Source of the DNA: Narcine bancroftii
Lineage: Eukaryota
Length of the DNA: 64,000 nt
Reading direction: 5' to 3'
Assembly (NCBI RefSeq): GCF_036971445.1
Contig: NC_091471.1
Location: 101,618,001 to 101,682,000, forward strand
The position numbers and the translations under genes were made by a program. The notes beneath the pieces are model-generated. The model searched no databases. It was not told where the DNA came from and worked only from the letters and a program-made list of their open reading frames with translations. Positions 1 to 10,767 of this stretch are shown here, one piece after another (the stretch's first letter is position 1; the number at the start of each line of letters is the position of its first letter).

Positions 1-760
1 AGATGGGGTGGAGCCGGGAGGTGGGGCCAGACATCAGCACAACACACTACCAATGAATCCCAGTTCACTGCATTCACCCCTTCCTGTAGAATTTAAGGTC
101 TGTGAATGGAGACAGAGAACATGGGTTCAGAAAAAAAAAATTGTTGAAAAGAATAGTTAATTTACAAATTTACAGATTTAAGCAGTCCGGGGGTCTGGAG
201 ATCCTGGTGGACCATCTTAGCTCTGGGGGACATTGGATTGCTTGGGTCTCCTAGTTCCCTTGTGAGGGATGAGAGGTGGGTTGGGTCTCCAGCTCAAAGG
301 TGGATCCTGAACCGGATCCCCTGAGGTCCTGACTGGGGGTGGCGAGAATGAGCTCTTTGGCTCGCAGGGAACCTAAGGCAATGAACTCTCCTGTTCTGGT
401 GGGTGCCAGGTCCCTGATGGAGATGGTGTCCTCCCTGCCATCTGGGAACTCCACATAGGCGTAAAAGGGATTGGCGTGGAGCCATTTCACCCTTTCCACC
501 AGGGGGTCAGTCTTGCTTCTCCTCACATGCTTCCTGAGAAGGACTGGACCAGGAGCAGTGAGCCAAACTTGGAGTGTAGTTCCCAATGCCGACCTTCTCT
601 CGAAAGTGAATAGGAGCTCATGAGGGGTAGCGTTGGTCGCAGTACATAGTAGCGACCAGATGGAATAGAGTGAAATAGGGAGAACTTCTTGCCAGCCTGA
701 GTCTGGAAGACCTTTTGACTTCAGGGCCAGTTTGACAACCTTCCAGACCATGCCAGATGC
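1..760 (-). mobile_element. Gypsy LTR retrotransposon fragment (integrase C-terminus); same family as 5696-12904
   Basis: ORF 251-751: WQEVLPISLYSIWSLLCTATNATPHE...PGPVLLRKHVRRSKTDPLVE...ANPFYAYVEFPDGREDTISIRDLAP, closely parallel to integrase tails at 6290-6802, 30853-31320 and 62214-62570. The 3' part runs off the window. Confidence 0.85.
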
Positions 761-799
761 CGGGCGTTTTACTAGGAACTATACATGGGCAGGAAAGGA

Positions 800-1430
800 T
801 ACCGACCTCACTAATGTATTAAACCAAATGCCAAACTGTAAACCCACACTTTATTATCATATGCTCTGAAATTTCAGAAATCAAGCTTAACCCACTGGTG
901 ATGGTGTCTCAGAATGAATGGGTTGTACCTCGACCAGATGAGATAGCCCAGCACTATAGAACTTGAAATGTGACCATGAATAGAGCAGTGGATGATTCTA
1001 TGTGTGTGTCAGAAACTTTCAATTTTTACTGTTAGAATCATCAAGCAGCCCATGCCCAACCAAAGCATTCTGACGCCTACAAGGTATAGCACATTTCCTC
1101 ATAGGGTGTAATCACCGTAAAAGTATTCCAGATAACTATGGCTAAAATGCTTCAGGGGCTCAAAAGTTTTTCATGAAACAAAGAAGATATCCTAATTATA
1201 CTAATCATTGAAGAAAAGTGGATAGGCTTGCAAGTAAATGAAAACGGGCACAGGCAGTGAAGGAGAGGGTTTGTGACCATCATCGCAATCAAAAAAGTGG
1301 AAGATGCAATTGAGCTCCAACAGTTTTTAAGTATGATCCAACACTAGGGAAAGAAGAACTCAGCAGTAGAGAAAACATCAGCAAATAATACTTGATCTCT
1401 GAAAGAAAACAATATCAGTGAGACTTCTAG
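800..1430 (+). mobile_element. Highly degraded Gypsy-like RT remnant
   Basis: Only faint RT-like pieces (e.g. LQQFLSMI near 1315-1340, resembling the LxxFLGM motif); many stops. Confidence 0.3.
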
Positions 1431-1454
1431 CTCATCTTGCGGTAACCTTTCACA

Positions 1455-2160
1455 TACTTGCTTATCAAGAATTTATCTAACCCCCCCACCCCCGCCTCTG
1501 CCACGCTGTTAAAAATGTTCAAAGCTTCCACATCCACTGCCATTTAAGGAAGAGAGTTCCAAAGACCTCTGACCTTCTGAAAGAAAAAAAATTACTTTAA
1601 CTCTGACTTAAACAGTAACAGAAGCCTTGTATTTTAAACACTAACCCCTAGTTATAAATGTTCTCACAGGAGGAAATGTCCACTCTGCCTTTCTTATGAG
1701 GATCCTTCAAGATCTTGTATATTTCAATCCTGTTGTCTTCATTCTAAACTCCAGTCAATGCACGCCTACTAAATCCAGGAACTTCCAACTCAGTAACATC
1801 CTGAGTAAGGAGACCAGTCCAGATTCTAATACTCCAGATGTGGTTTTTAATCAATATCACGTTTAACTAAAGCATAACTTCCTTACTTTTCCATTAATCT
1901 TCCTTAACAATAACATTTTGTTAGCTTTCTTAATCTGTAGCAGAATCTCCATGCTGGCTTTTTGTGAATCATGCACCAGTATATGCAGATCTCTCTACAT
2001 TTTAGAGCTTTGCAATCTCTTACCATTTAGATATGCCATGTTTTTCCTATTAAAAGAGCAATTATGCTTTTTCCTTCATTATTGTCACAATTCATCTCTC
2101 TCACTTCGTGTTCTCCCATCTCCTTTACACAACCTACTTTCATCAGCAAATTCATCAACA
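1455..2160 (-). mobile_element. Old CR1 LINE 3' fragment
   Basis: Antisense of the FADD region near 2130-2155 (ORF 1918 reads LLSSANSST) and CR1 C-terminal LEY..WSP-like sequence near 1805-1845; heavily decayed. Confidence 0.55.
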
Positions 2161-2419
2161 AGTTTATCCAAGCCGTTGGTATAAATTATAGAAAAAGGTT
2201 GAGGTTCCATCACTTTGCCTGGACCTGCCTTATGAAGAAGTTGCACCAATCACAAAAAATGGAATGTATATACAGGTTGTAACTTTTTAATCCCGATGAT
2301 GTTGGGACCTGGTCATTGCTGGACCATAGAAAATGCCAGAAGACATAAATTGGCCCCCCTCCCTCCCCCATGTAAACATATCGAAGGAAGAACAAAGCAT
2401 AAAACAGGAAATAATACTG

Positions 2420-2505
2420 TGGGACGGCATTGTTAGTGTAGCGGTTAGTGCCAGCGATCAGGACCAGGGTTTGAGTCGCACACTGTCTGTAAGAAGTTTG
2501 TACTA
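2420..2505 (+). mobile_element. tRNA-derived SINE head (truncated)
   Basis: A-box-like GTAGCGGTTAG, B-box-like GGTTTGAGTC, then CTGTCTGTAAGAAGTTTGTAC shared with SINE copies at 20720, 40015 and 51715. Confidence 0.5.
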
Positions 2506-3064
2506 ACAACGGCAGATTCAAATGTCCCAGACCATGGGAGTTGCCGGACCACAGAGCACTGCATAAGAGAGTTACAACCTATACTCTAAACATAATAGAA
2601 GATGAATTTTGGGTTCCAGCAAAGTGTTACAGAGAACTAACCCCACCAATTTTGAGGCAAGTGTGAGAATGCAAATTCAGTTTGTGGACATATTTGTAGA
2701 CAGGTCTGAATGAAGATGTAAAGTGTTTCCTTGAATGTGCTCTGAATTATCTATTAATCAATAATGCATAAAATGGAGACAGCATAGTAGAAAATAGAAT
2801 GAATAATAAAAAAGATTGTGGAATAACTCCATATACAACTGCATTTTGCAGGACATAGGTGTGACACAAATGGAACGTTGTGTACATGTTTGGTCTCCTT
2901 ACATAATTGTAGTTGGGATAAAGAGAATACCACAAAGGTTGAACAGGTTGGATTCTTGAGATGGAATAGGAACCGATTAAGCAGATTAGGCCTGGATTCT
3001 CTGGAAATGAGAGGAATGAGGTGATTACACATTTCTTGTGGAGCACAACAGGCTAGTAAATACA

Positions 3065-3693
3065 AACATAAGAAATAGGAGTAAGAATAGCCCATTTGGC
3101 CTGTCAGACCCATTCCACCATTTAATAAGATCTCGCTGTGGACTCAGCTCCACCTATCTGCTTTTTCCCCATAGCCTTTAATTCCTCTATTTTCCAAAAA
3201 TCAACCTTATTTGCATTTTAAATATATTCAATGAGGTAGCCTCCACTCCTTCCCTAGACAGAATTCACAAATTCACCACTCTCTGGGAAAAGCAGATCTT
3301 CCTCTTCTCTATCCAAACCATACACGGTCAAATATTGAGGCTATATCCCCTTGTTCTCGTCCCACCTGCTAGTGGAAACAACTTTCCAGTTGCTTTCTTA
3401 TCTATTCCTTGCATAATTTTATAGATCCCCTCTCATTCCTATGAATTCCAGCAGGTACAATCCCAGACCACTCAATCTCGCCTCATAGGTTAACCTATGA
3501 GGAATCAACCTGGTGAACCTGGTGAACCTCCTCTGCACTGGCTCCAAAACTACTATATAATTTTATCAAGCAAGGAAAACAGAACGTACAGTACTCAAGG
3601 TGCAGCCTCACCAGTACCCTGTACAGTTGCAGCTGAACCTCCCTGGTCTTAAATTCAATCCCTCCGGCAATGAAAGACCAACATTCCATTTGC
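3065..3693 (-). mobile_element. CR1 LINE 3' end
   Basis: ORF 3495-3689 GIEFKTREVQLQLYRVLVRLHLEYC matches the CR1 RT C-terminus at 12145-12220; 3' tail AACATAAGAAATAGGAG at 3065. Confidence 0.8.
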
Positions 3694-4684
3694 TACAAGG
3701 TTAAATTATGGGCAAATCAATTTCCCTGGCAGAGATATAGATAACTAAGAATCTTGACTAAAAATAAACAGTCAGCATTTAAGAACAAGATTAAGAAATT
3801 TCTTCATTCAGAAGGTAATAATTATTTGCTATTCTGTTCAAAGGAGGGTTGAGGAGGCTCAGTTTCTGAGTATATTCAAGGGAGAGATTAAGGTGATCTT
3901 GTGATTATGAGGTTAGTGCAGAAAGTGGTTCTGAGGAAAGAAGTCAACCATGATAATGTTGAAAGGTAACACAGTCACAAAGGGCAAAGGGCCATCTCCA
4001 ACTTTTACTTATTTTGTGTATTGCTTAATTCATATGCTGGGACATTTTGGAGATAAGAAAATGACATTACTGCGTAATGGGAAAAGTATACAGTTCAAAT
4101 AATTTACTCTTCTCAGGATTACTAAGAGATTCCAAAATTTTTATGAAGACCACTTGATCCTATTGTACTTTGGAGAACAGTGAAGAACAGTGAGAAAACA
4201 GAGATGCTCTGGAGGTGAATCCCACAATTATTCAAGAAGAGATGGTCAACAATATCTGGAGAAGCCACAAGTTCAAGAAAAATAATGTTAGCATTGCTGC
4301 AAAAATCTACTAATCAAGGTTGCATAAAATGAGGACAACATGGTGGCAAATGGAAGGAATTTAAAGGAAGATTTAAACTCTGTGCATAACTCCATTATGT
4401 TGGACATAGGTGAGGCACAACTGGAATATGTGGACATGTTTGGTCTCCCTATATAACTGTAGTTGGAACAAATGGAATGCTACAAAGATTCACTTTTGTG
4501 AAGCACATCTGGAGAATCCACAAGTTCAAGACATTAGTACTGCTGCAAGATCACAAAGAGTGAAAAAACCTATCACTCACTGAAATTTATACATGTATAT
4601 AAATTTGTCTATGATTTGGAAAACAGGAACCAATAGAGTATATGGATATTTTTAAATATAAATTTTAAATTAAATTAAACACGG

Positions 4685-5303
4685 TGTGTTTCTAGAAAAT
4701 ATCAGGTTCGGTGAGTTCACAGAGAGGTGAGTCTGGACACAAGTGTGACAATCAAAGGTAACTTTATTGAACACAGGGGAAGACATCAAATGATAATTAC
4801 TCTACTACTAAACAACTATATAGACATTCACATCGGTCCTAGGTTGGACTCCGATACTAAAGGCCACCTATCTTCTACACACTTCCGCATGTGTACACAC
4901 TTCAGAAACAGGGACTTTCAAACACACTCCCGATTCCCTGTACCAATGGGTTGCAGCTCTCTACAAGCACTGATCTATCATACTACTACTGCTCAACTTA
5001 ACTGCAGTTCACACCTTACCATGACTCCTCCAGCAATGACCACAGTAGCGACCTGGCATGGAGCTATGTCTGGGACATGGACCAAGAGGCAGAGAGAAAG
5101 AAATGTGGCATTGTTCAATCTTTATACCATTCTGAGCTTAGCATCTGTCCAATGATGACACTAACTCATTTAAATGAGCCAATGGTAAGGCATGCACTAA
5201 TGGGTGGCCGGAGTCCAGCCTTGATTGGCAGGTGATGCGACTTCCAAATAAGTTTCAGGCAGCGAGATCACGTGACAGTCCGCAATCCACAATGTTGCAG
5301 ACA
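4685..5303 (-). mobile_element. Candidate solo LTR
   Basis: TG...CA ends, minus-strand AATAAA near 4763, CCAAT/ATTGG boxes at 5180-5230. No convincing TSD. Confidence 0.35.
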
Positions 5304-5386
5304 AGGAGGCCATGTGTTCCTCCACAGTCCACATATAATTTACAGCAGCAGGTCTTCAGGTCCACATGCCCATGCTGTTCAATTAA

Positions 5387-5676
5387 TCTCAAGTCAAGTT
5401 TATTTTCATCTGATTGTACAAGTAAAACCCAAGGAAATAGTATTCTCTGGTCCTCAGGTCAAACACACAGGTACACATTAAACACATACTGGCAAACAAC
5501 ACATATGCAAGATAAGTATTTTATCTATACAAATAATGAAATAAATACTGCTATGTAAAACTGAGAGTCTCAGATGTAAATGTAAGCAGTTCCTTTGGTC
5601 GTTCAGCATTCAAACTGTCCCATGGGAAGAAGCTGTTCCTCAGCCTAGCTCTGATACTCCTGTATCTCTTCCCCAA
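5387..5676 (-). mobile_element. Rex1/Babar-like LINE 3' end
   Basis: RYRSIRARLRNSFFP C-terminus (ORF 5551-5748) and (CAAGT)n tail; same 3' UTR as the plus-strand copy at 35600-35740 + 39677-39800. Confidence 0.6.
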
Positions 5677-5695
5677 TGACACCCAATTAACCTCC

Positions 5696-5931
5696 TGTGG
5701 TGCGCTGAGGTAGCAGCAAGCAAGCACAAACCTCAAAAGACTGTGCAACAGGCTTTATTCCAGTAAAAGTCTGAACACAAGTTCATGCCTTGGTGGCTCC
5801 CTGTGTGACTGGCTCTGGTTTATATTCGGGTTGGCTGATTGACAGCCGGCCAGGTGGAGTCAGCCCTTAGGTGGTCTTCCTGCAGATACAGAGATCGCCC
5901 CCTGCAGTAGGCTGGTGGTCATATCACCACA
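5696..5931 (-). repeat. 3' LTR of the Gypsy provirus
   Basis: TGTGG...CCACA; minus-strand TATAAA (5819-5824) and AATAAA (5754-5759); adjacent purine tract AGAAGGGATGAA on minus. Confidence 0.9.
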
Positions 5932-5999
5932 TTCATCCCTTCTTAAAATTGTCCTGGGTGGGGTGGGGTGTATAAAATAGTGCCGGGTGGTATTTACAG

Positions 6000-8900
6000 A
6001 TTGAGGCAGTCTGGTGGCTTTTGGAATCTCTGGGACTATTGCAGGGTTGGCTCCTGGTCAAAGGTCGGCAAGGGTGTGGTTGCTGCCTGAGGGTTGGCTG
6101 GGTCCAGCGTAGCCATGGTGGGCGTCGGTGTGGACATCATGGTGTCTATCTGTACGTCTGACCACGAGGGAGTGGCAAGGTAGATGTGGTCCACTGGAGT
6201 GGAGCTCTCTGGAAGGGCAGAGGGAGAAGGTCGGCCCCTGAATCCTGCGTGGGCCAAGGGTACTCTGGTGGAGAGGTTGGGCCAGGTAATCATGGGGCCC
6301 CTGCTGGTGTCAGATCCCTGGTCGAGACAGTGTCCTTACGGCTACTAGGGTACCTGACAAAGGCGTAGTTCTGGTTGGCACAGAAGAGGAGCACCTGCTC
6401 GACCAGCAAATCGGACTTGTGGGCCCGCACGTGTTTGTAGAGGAGCACTGGTCCCGGAGATGTAAGCCAAGCTGGGAGGGAGACTCCAGTTGCCGATTTC
6501 CTGAGAAATGAGAAAATGCGCTCGTGACTGATTAGTAGCTGTAAACAAGAGCGACCTAATGGCATGGAGTGCCTCGGGGAGGACCTCTGCCAGTAGTCAA
6601 CGGACCAGCCTTTGGATCTCAGGGCTAAGAGGACTGCCTTCCTGATCACCCCATTTTCATGCTCCACCTGCCCATTGCCCCTCGGGTTGTAACTAGTCAT
6701 GTGACTAGCCACAATGCCTTGTGCTACCAGGTACTCGCGCAGCTCCTCACTCACGAATCTGGACCCATGATCACTGTGGATGAATGCTGGGTATTTGAAC
6801 ATGGCGAAGGAAAACAGGAATATTCATCTCTAACCATGAGGAAGTAGACGATCTTGTTTGTCGAAGGCAGGGGGCCCTGGAAGGCGATGCTAAGCCATTC
6901 GAAGGGCCAAGTAGCCTTGACAATGTGGGCCTGTAGCAGGCGGAAGAAGCGCAATTTGCATTCTACACAGACCCTGCATGGACGGTGAAGGGGAGGTTTC
7001 GGAACTTGATGAAATGATACAAGGATGTGATGCCCAGGTGTCAAAGGGTGTCGTGCAGTGCCTGCAGTTGGTCGCACAGGGAGTCATTGAACTTCCCAGT
7101 CAGTACTGGATGTCGTAGCTAAACATGGCCAGCTTGACTCTCCAGCGTAAGATCTTATCGTTCTTCATCTTGCCCTTATGGGTGGTGCTGAACATGAAAG
7201 CCACTGCGTGTTGGTTGGTGAGGAGGGTGAACCTCCTGCCTGCCAGGTAGTGGCATCAGTGGCAGACCACTTCCACGATTGCCTGGGATTCCTTTTCAAT
7301 GGCGTAGTGTCAGAGCTCAGAACCGTGGAGGGTCCTGGAGAAGAAGGCCACGGAATGCCCCACGTGGTTGAGAATGGCCACGAGGGCAACATCAGAGGCA
7401 TCTCCCTCCACCTGGAATGGGGTGTCCTGGTCCATAGCATGCATCATGGCATTGGCTATGTTCTGCCTGATGTGAGCGGAAGCTGGTTGCACCTCGGAGG
7501 GGAGGGGAAAGGTGGTGACTTGGACCAGTGGATGGACCTTGTCTGAAAAATGGGGGACCCACTGGAAGCAATAGGATAAAAGCCCAAGGCACCTGCAGAA
7601 GGCCTTGATCATGTGGAGGAGGGACAGTTCCATTAGTGGACGCATGCGTACTGGGTCGGGACCAATGATACCATGTTCCAAGATGTACTAGGGTTACTAG
7701 GATAGCGAGGCAGGTGGTGCTGAACACGCATTTCTCTTTGTTGTAAGTGAGGTTCAGCTCCTTGGTCACCTGGAGAAATTTCTCCAGGTTGTCATTGTGG
7801 TCTCACTAGTTGTGGCTGCAGATGGTGACATTGTCCAAATATGGGAAGATCTTTGGTTCTTAGGTTATGCTGGTCTACCATGCGGTTCATCTCCTGCTGA
7901 AAAACAGAGATCCCGTTAGTGACTACCAAACGGGACCTGGCAGAACTGGTAAAGACACCCATCTGCATTTATCCCGTGTGTGGATAGGGAGCTTGAGGTA
8001 GGCCGACTATAGGTCAATTGTCGAGAAGACCTTTTAGCGGGGTATCTCATTGACCATGTCAGTTATTCAGGGTAAGATGTAGGCTTCCAGTTGGGCGTAC
8101 TGCTTTATGGTCTGGCTATAATTGATGACTATTTTCAGTTTGCTAACCCCTTTTACCACTAGGATGGGCTCTCCAGGGACTGGTGCTGGTCTCTATGATA
8201 GCTTCCGCCAGAAGCTGCCACACTTCTGCCTTAATGAAGGCCTTGTTGGCCGCAAAATAGCACCTGCTCTTGGCAGCTATGGGCTTCCAGTCTGATGTAA
8301 GGTAGTTGAAGAGGCCAGGAGACGTTACCTGTACCATGGAGAGGTCGCAGGTGGATTGGGGGCAGTCACTGTGCTGTGTGCTGTGGAGTGTGAGCAGGGG
8401 TAAAGGCCCACTGAAGGCAAGGGTAAAGCTTTGGAAGTGGCACTGGAAGTCCAGCCCTAAGAAAACTGGGGTACAGAACTGGGGCATGACCAGGAGCCTG
8501 AACCCCTGGTATGCTCCCGCCCCCCAACCACTGTCAATTCCGCTGAGCAGAGCCCGAGGGCCATGATGGAGTAGTCCTAGTCTGTGAAAGTGAGGCAAAA
8601 GTTCATCGGATAGATTTTGAGTTTTAGGGTCCAGGCCACATTCAGGTGTATGAAGCTCTCAGTACTACTGCTATTGAACAGGCATTTTGTTACCTTCCCA
8701 TTTTCAGCAATGTTTATCATTGAGCGCATGGGGAATGTTCCTTTTTAAGATGGTGGACGCTAGGACCATCTAGAGTCTGAGTCGTTGCTCCTTGATGGAT
8801 GAGGCGAGTAGCAGTCAGCAGTTTCCTTCTGGAGTGTGGGGTTCATCGGGTATGGGCCCATGTTGACCACATCACCCCGTCGACGTGCAGTCGGGGCCCA

Positions 8901-10040
8901 GCTGGCCCAAGATGGCGGTGCACGGTGGACGCATGTGGCATTGGTGCGGTCGGGCAACCCAACTGGCAGTGTAGCTGGGGGTGATGTCATCCGAGTAAGC
9001 AATAGTGACATCTTCGGTACAGGTGGAAGTCATCCAGAGGAAGATGGTAGTGCCCGGGGTGAGCACACTGCACTGGTGCGAGTGGAATTGACATCAACGG
9101 ATAGATTTTGATGCTGGTGCTGGTCTCTATGATAGCTTCCGCCAGAAGCTGCCACACTTCTGCCTTAATGAAGTGTGGAATTGACATCAACGGTGAGGGT
9201 GGAATTGGCAGGGCGAGTAATGGCATTGCCCAGTCCTCACATGTGGCAGCTTTCGGGAATGCTCCCAGCTGGTCGCGGAGGGCTGCAGTGCTCCTGACGG
9301 GTCTGGAAAGGCACACATTAGCGAAGTGGCCTTTCTTCCCACTGGGAGCAATGCGAGTTCCTTGCCAGGATGCCTTTGCAGGATTGCCTGTCTGACCCAC
9401 ACCTGGTCCCGCAGTACTTACAGGGGCAAGCTGCACTGGTGGCTGCGATCATCTCCTCCACTTAGGGCCCTTTGGTGACGGTGGTCATTTGCATCTGCCA
9501 GGCCGGGGGTTGGGGGTGTTCGGCATCAAAGACCTCTGTATGATGAGCTGTAGACTTCAGGGAATGGACTATCTCCATTGACCTGGTAAGTGAGGCAATG
9601 TTTTCCTCCAGTAGCTTCTGTCGTGCGCTCCTCGAGCGCAGCCCTCGCATGCAGGCATCACGGATCAATTGCTCCACTTCCCTTTCGGTCACAATTGGCC
9701 AGACATGGCAGGCTAGCTCACGCAGGACCCCCAGATAGGCATCTGCCGTCTCACCTGGCTGCTGGAACCTGATGCTGAGCAGGCACCAGGCGTAGACCGA
9801 GGGCTTGTACATACTCTCCAGGATGCCCATCATAGGTTCGTAGTCTGTGCAGTATTTAACGGCCTGGAAAGCTCATGAGCCCAGCTTGGTGTGGAAGACC
9901 ATGAGCTATTTGGTGTTGATCTCCTTAGCCTGTGTTAGGATGATCATTTCAATCGCGTGCTTCCAGATCTCGAAGCGTGCCTGGGCATCTGGGTGTTGGG
10001 CGTCAATCTCCAGGCTCCCGATCATCAGAAACTTCTCCAT
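6000..10040 (-). pseudogene. Disrupted gag-pol of the YLDN Gypsy
   Basis: gag ATG at 10040 (accATGG); decayed zinc knuckle KKGHFANVC; RT FPYLDNVTIC at 7818-7847; RNase H VEGDASDVAL; integrase IHSDHGSRF...YNPRGNGQVE. Many stops and frameshifts. Confidence 0.88.
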
Positions 10041-10055
10041 GGTCTCTCTTTAAAA

Positions 10056-10070
10056 TTTTACTGGAATAAA
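10056..10070 (-). promoter_or_regulatory. Primer-binding position, self-complementary to the LTR; no tRNA-type TGG
   Basis: Minus strand reads TTTATTCCAGTAAAA one base after the 5' LTR. It is the exact reverse complement of LTR sense sequence TTTTACTGGAATAAA (plus 5754-5768; 13/15 in the 5' LTR at 10130-10144). Confidence 0.65.
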
Positions 10071-10235
10071 TTGTGGTGCACTGAGGCAGCAGCAAGCAAG
10101 CACAAAACTCAAAAGACTGTACAACAGGCTTTATTCCATTAAACGTCTGAACACCAGTTCAAACCTTGGTCGCTCCCCATGTGACTGGCTCAGGTTAGTG
10201 AACTTGAGGCACAAATCGGTACCCATGCCTATGAT

Positions 10236-10673
10236 TTGGTAGCCATCATGGAAACATGGCTACAAGGTGACCCTAAATGGGAATTAAACTTTCAAGGGTA
10301 TCAGGTGGTGCAAAGAGATAGACAGGATGGTAAGGGAGGTGGAGTTGCACTCTTAATCAAAGATGAGCTCCAGGCAGTAGTGAGGGATGATATAAGATCT
10401 AAAGAGCATAATGTTGAGTCCATTTGGGTAGAGATAAAGAATTACAAAGGAAAAAAATTATTGGTGGGTGTTATCTATCGCCCACCAAATAACAATAGTT
10501 TAGTGGCACAGAAAATAAATAGAGAGATAAGTGAGGCATGTAATAATGATACGGCAGTAGTCATGGGGGACTTTAACTTCCACATAGATTGGGAAAATCA
10601 AGTTGGTCGTGGGAGTCTGGAAGAGGACTTCATAGAATGCATCCGCGATAACTTTCAAATAAATATTTTGTAA
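10236..10673 (+). pseudogene. CR1 ORF2 AP-endonuclease domain
   Basis: AIMETWL, RDR..GKGGGVALLIK, GVIYRPP, VVMGDFNF motifs. Near 10655 the sequence jumps to a later ORF2 region (internal deletion). Confidence 0.9.
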
Positions 10674-10767
10674 TGCTCAACAAAAATATATTCCGGTCAG
10701 GAAAAAGGGCAGCAAGGGAGGGAAAAATCAATCGTGGTTAACAAAGGAAATAAAGGAGAGTATAAAA

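Noticed and set aside
2765-4550. Degenerate local duplications (2765-2940 vs 4320-4495; 4254-4305 vs 4507-4550)
   Set aside because: Old, low-identity and partly CR1-derived; no regular spacing, so not a CRISPR-like or functional array.
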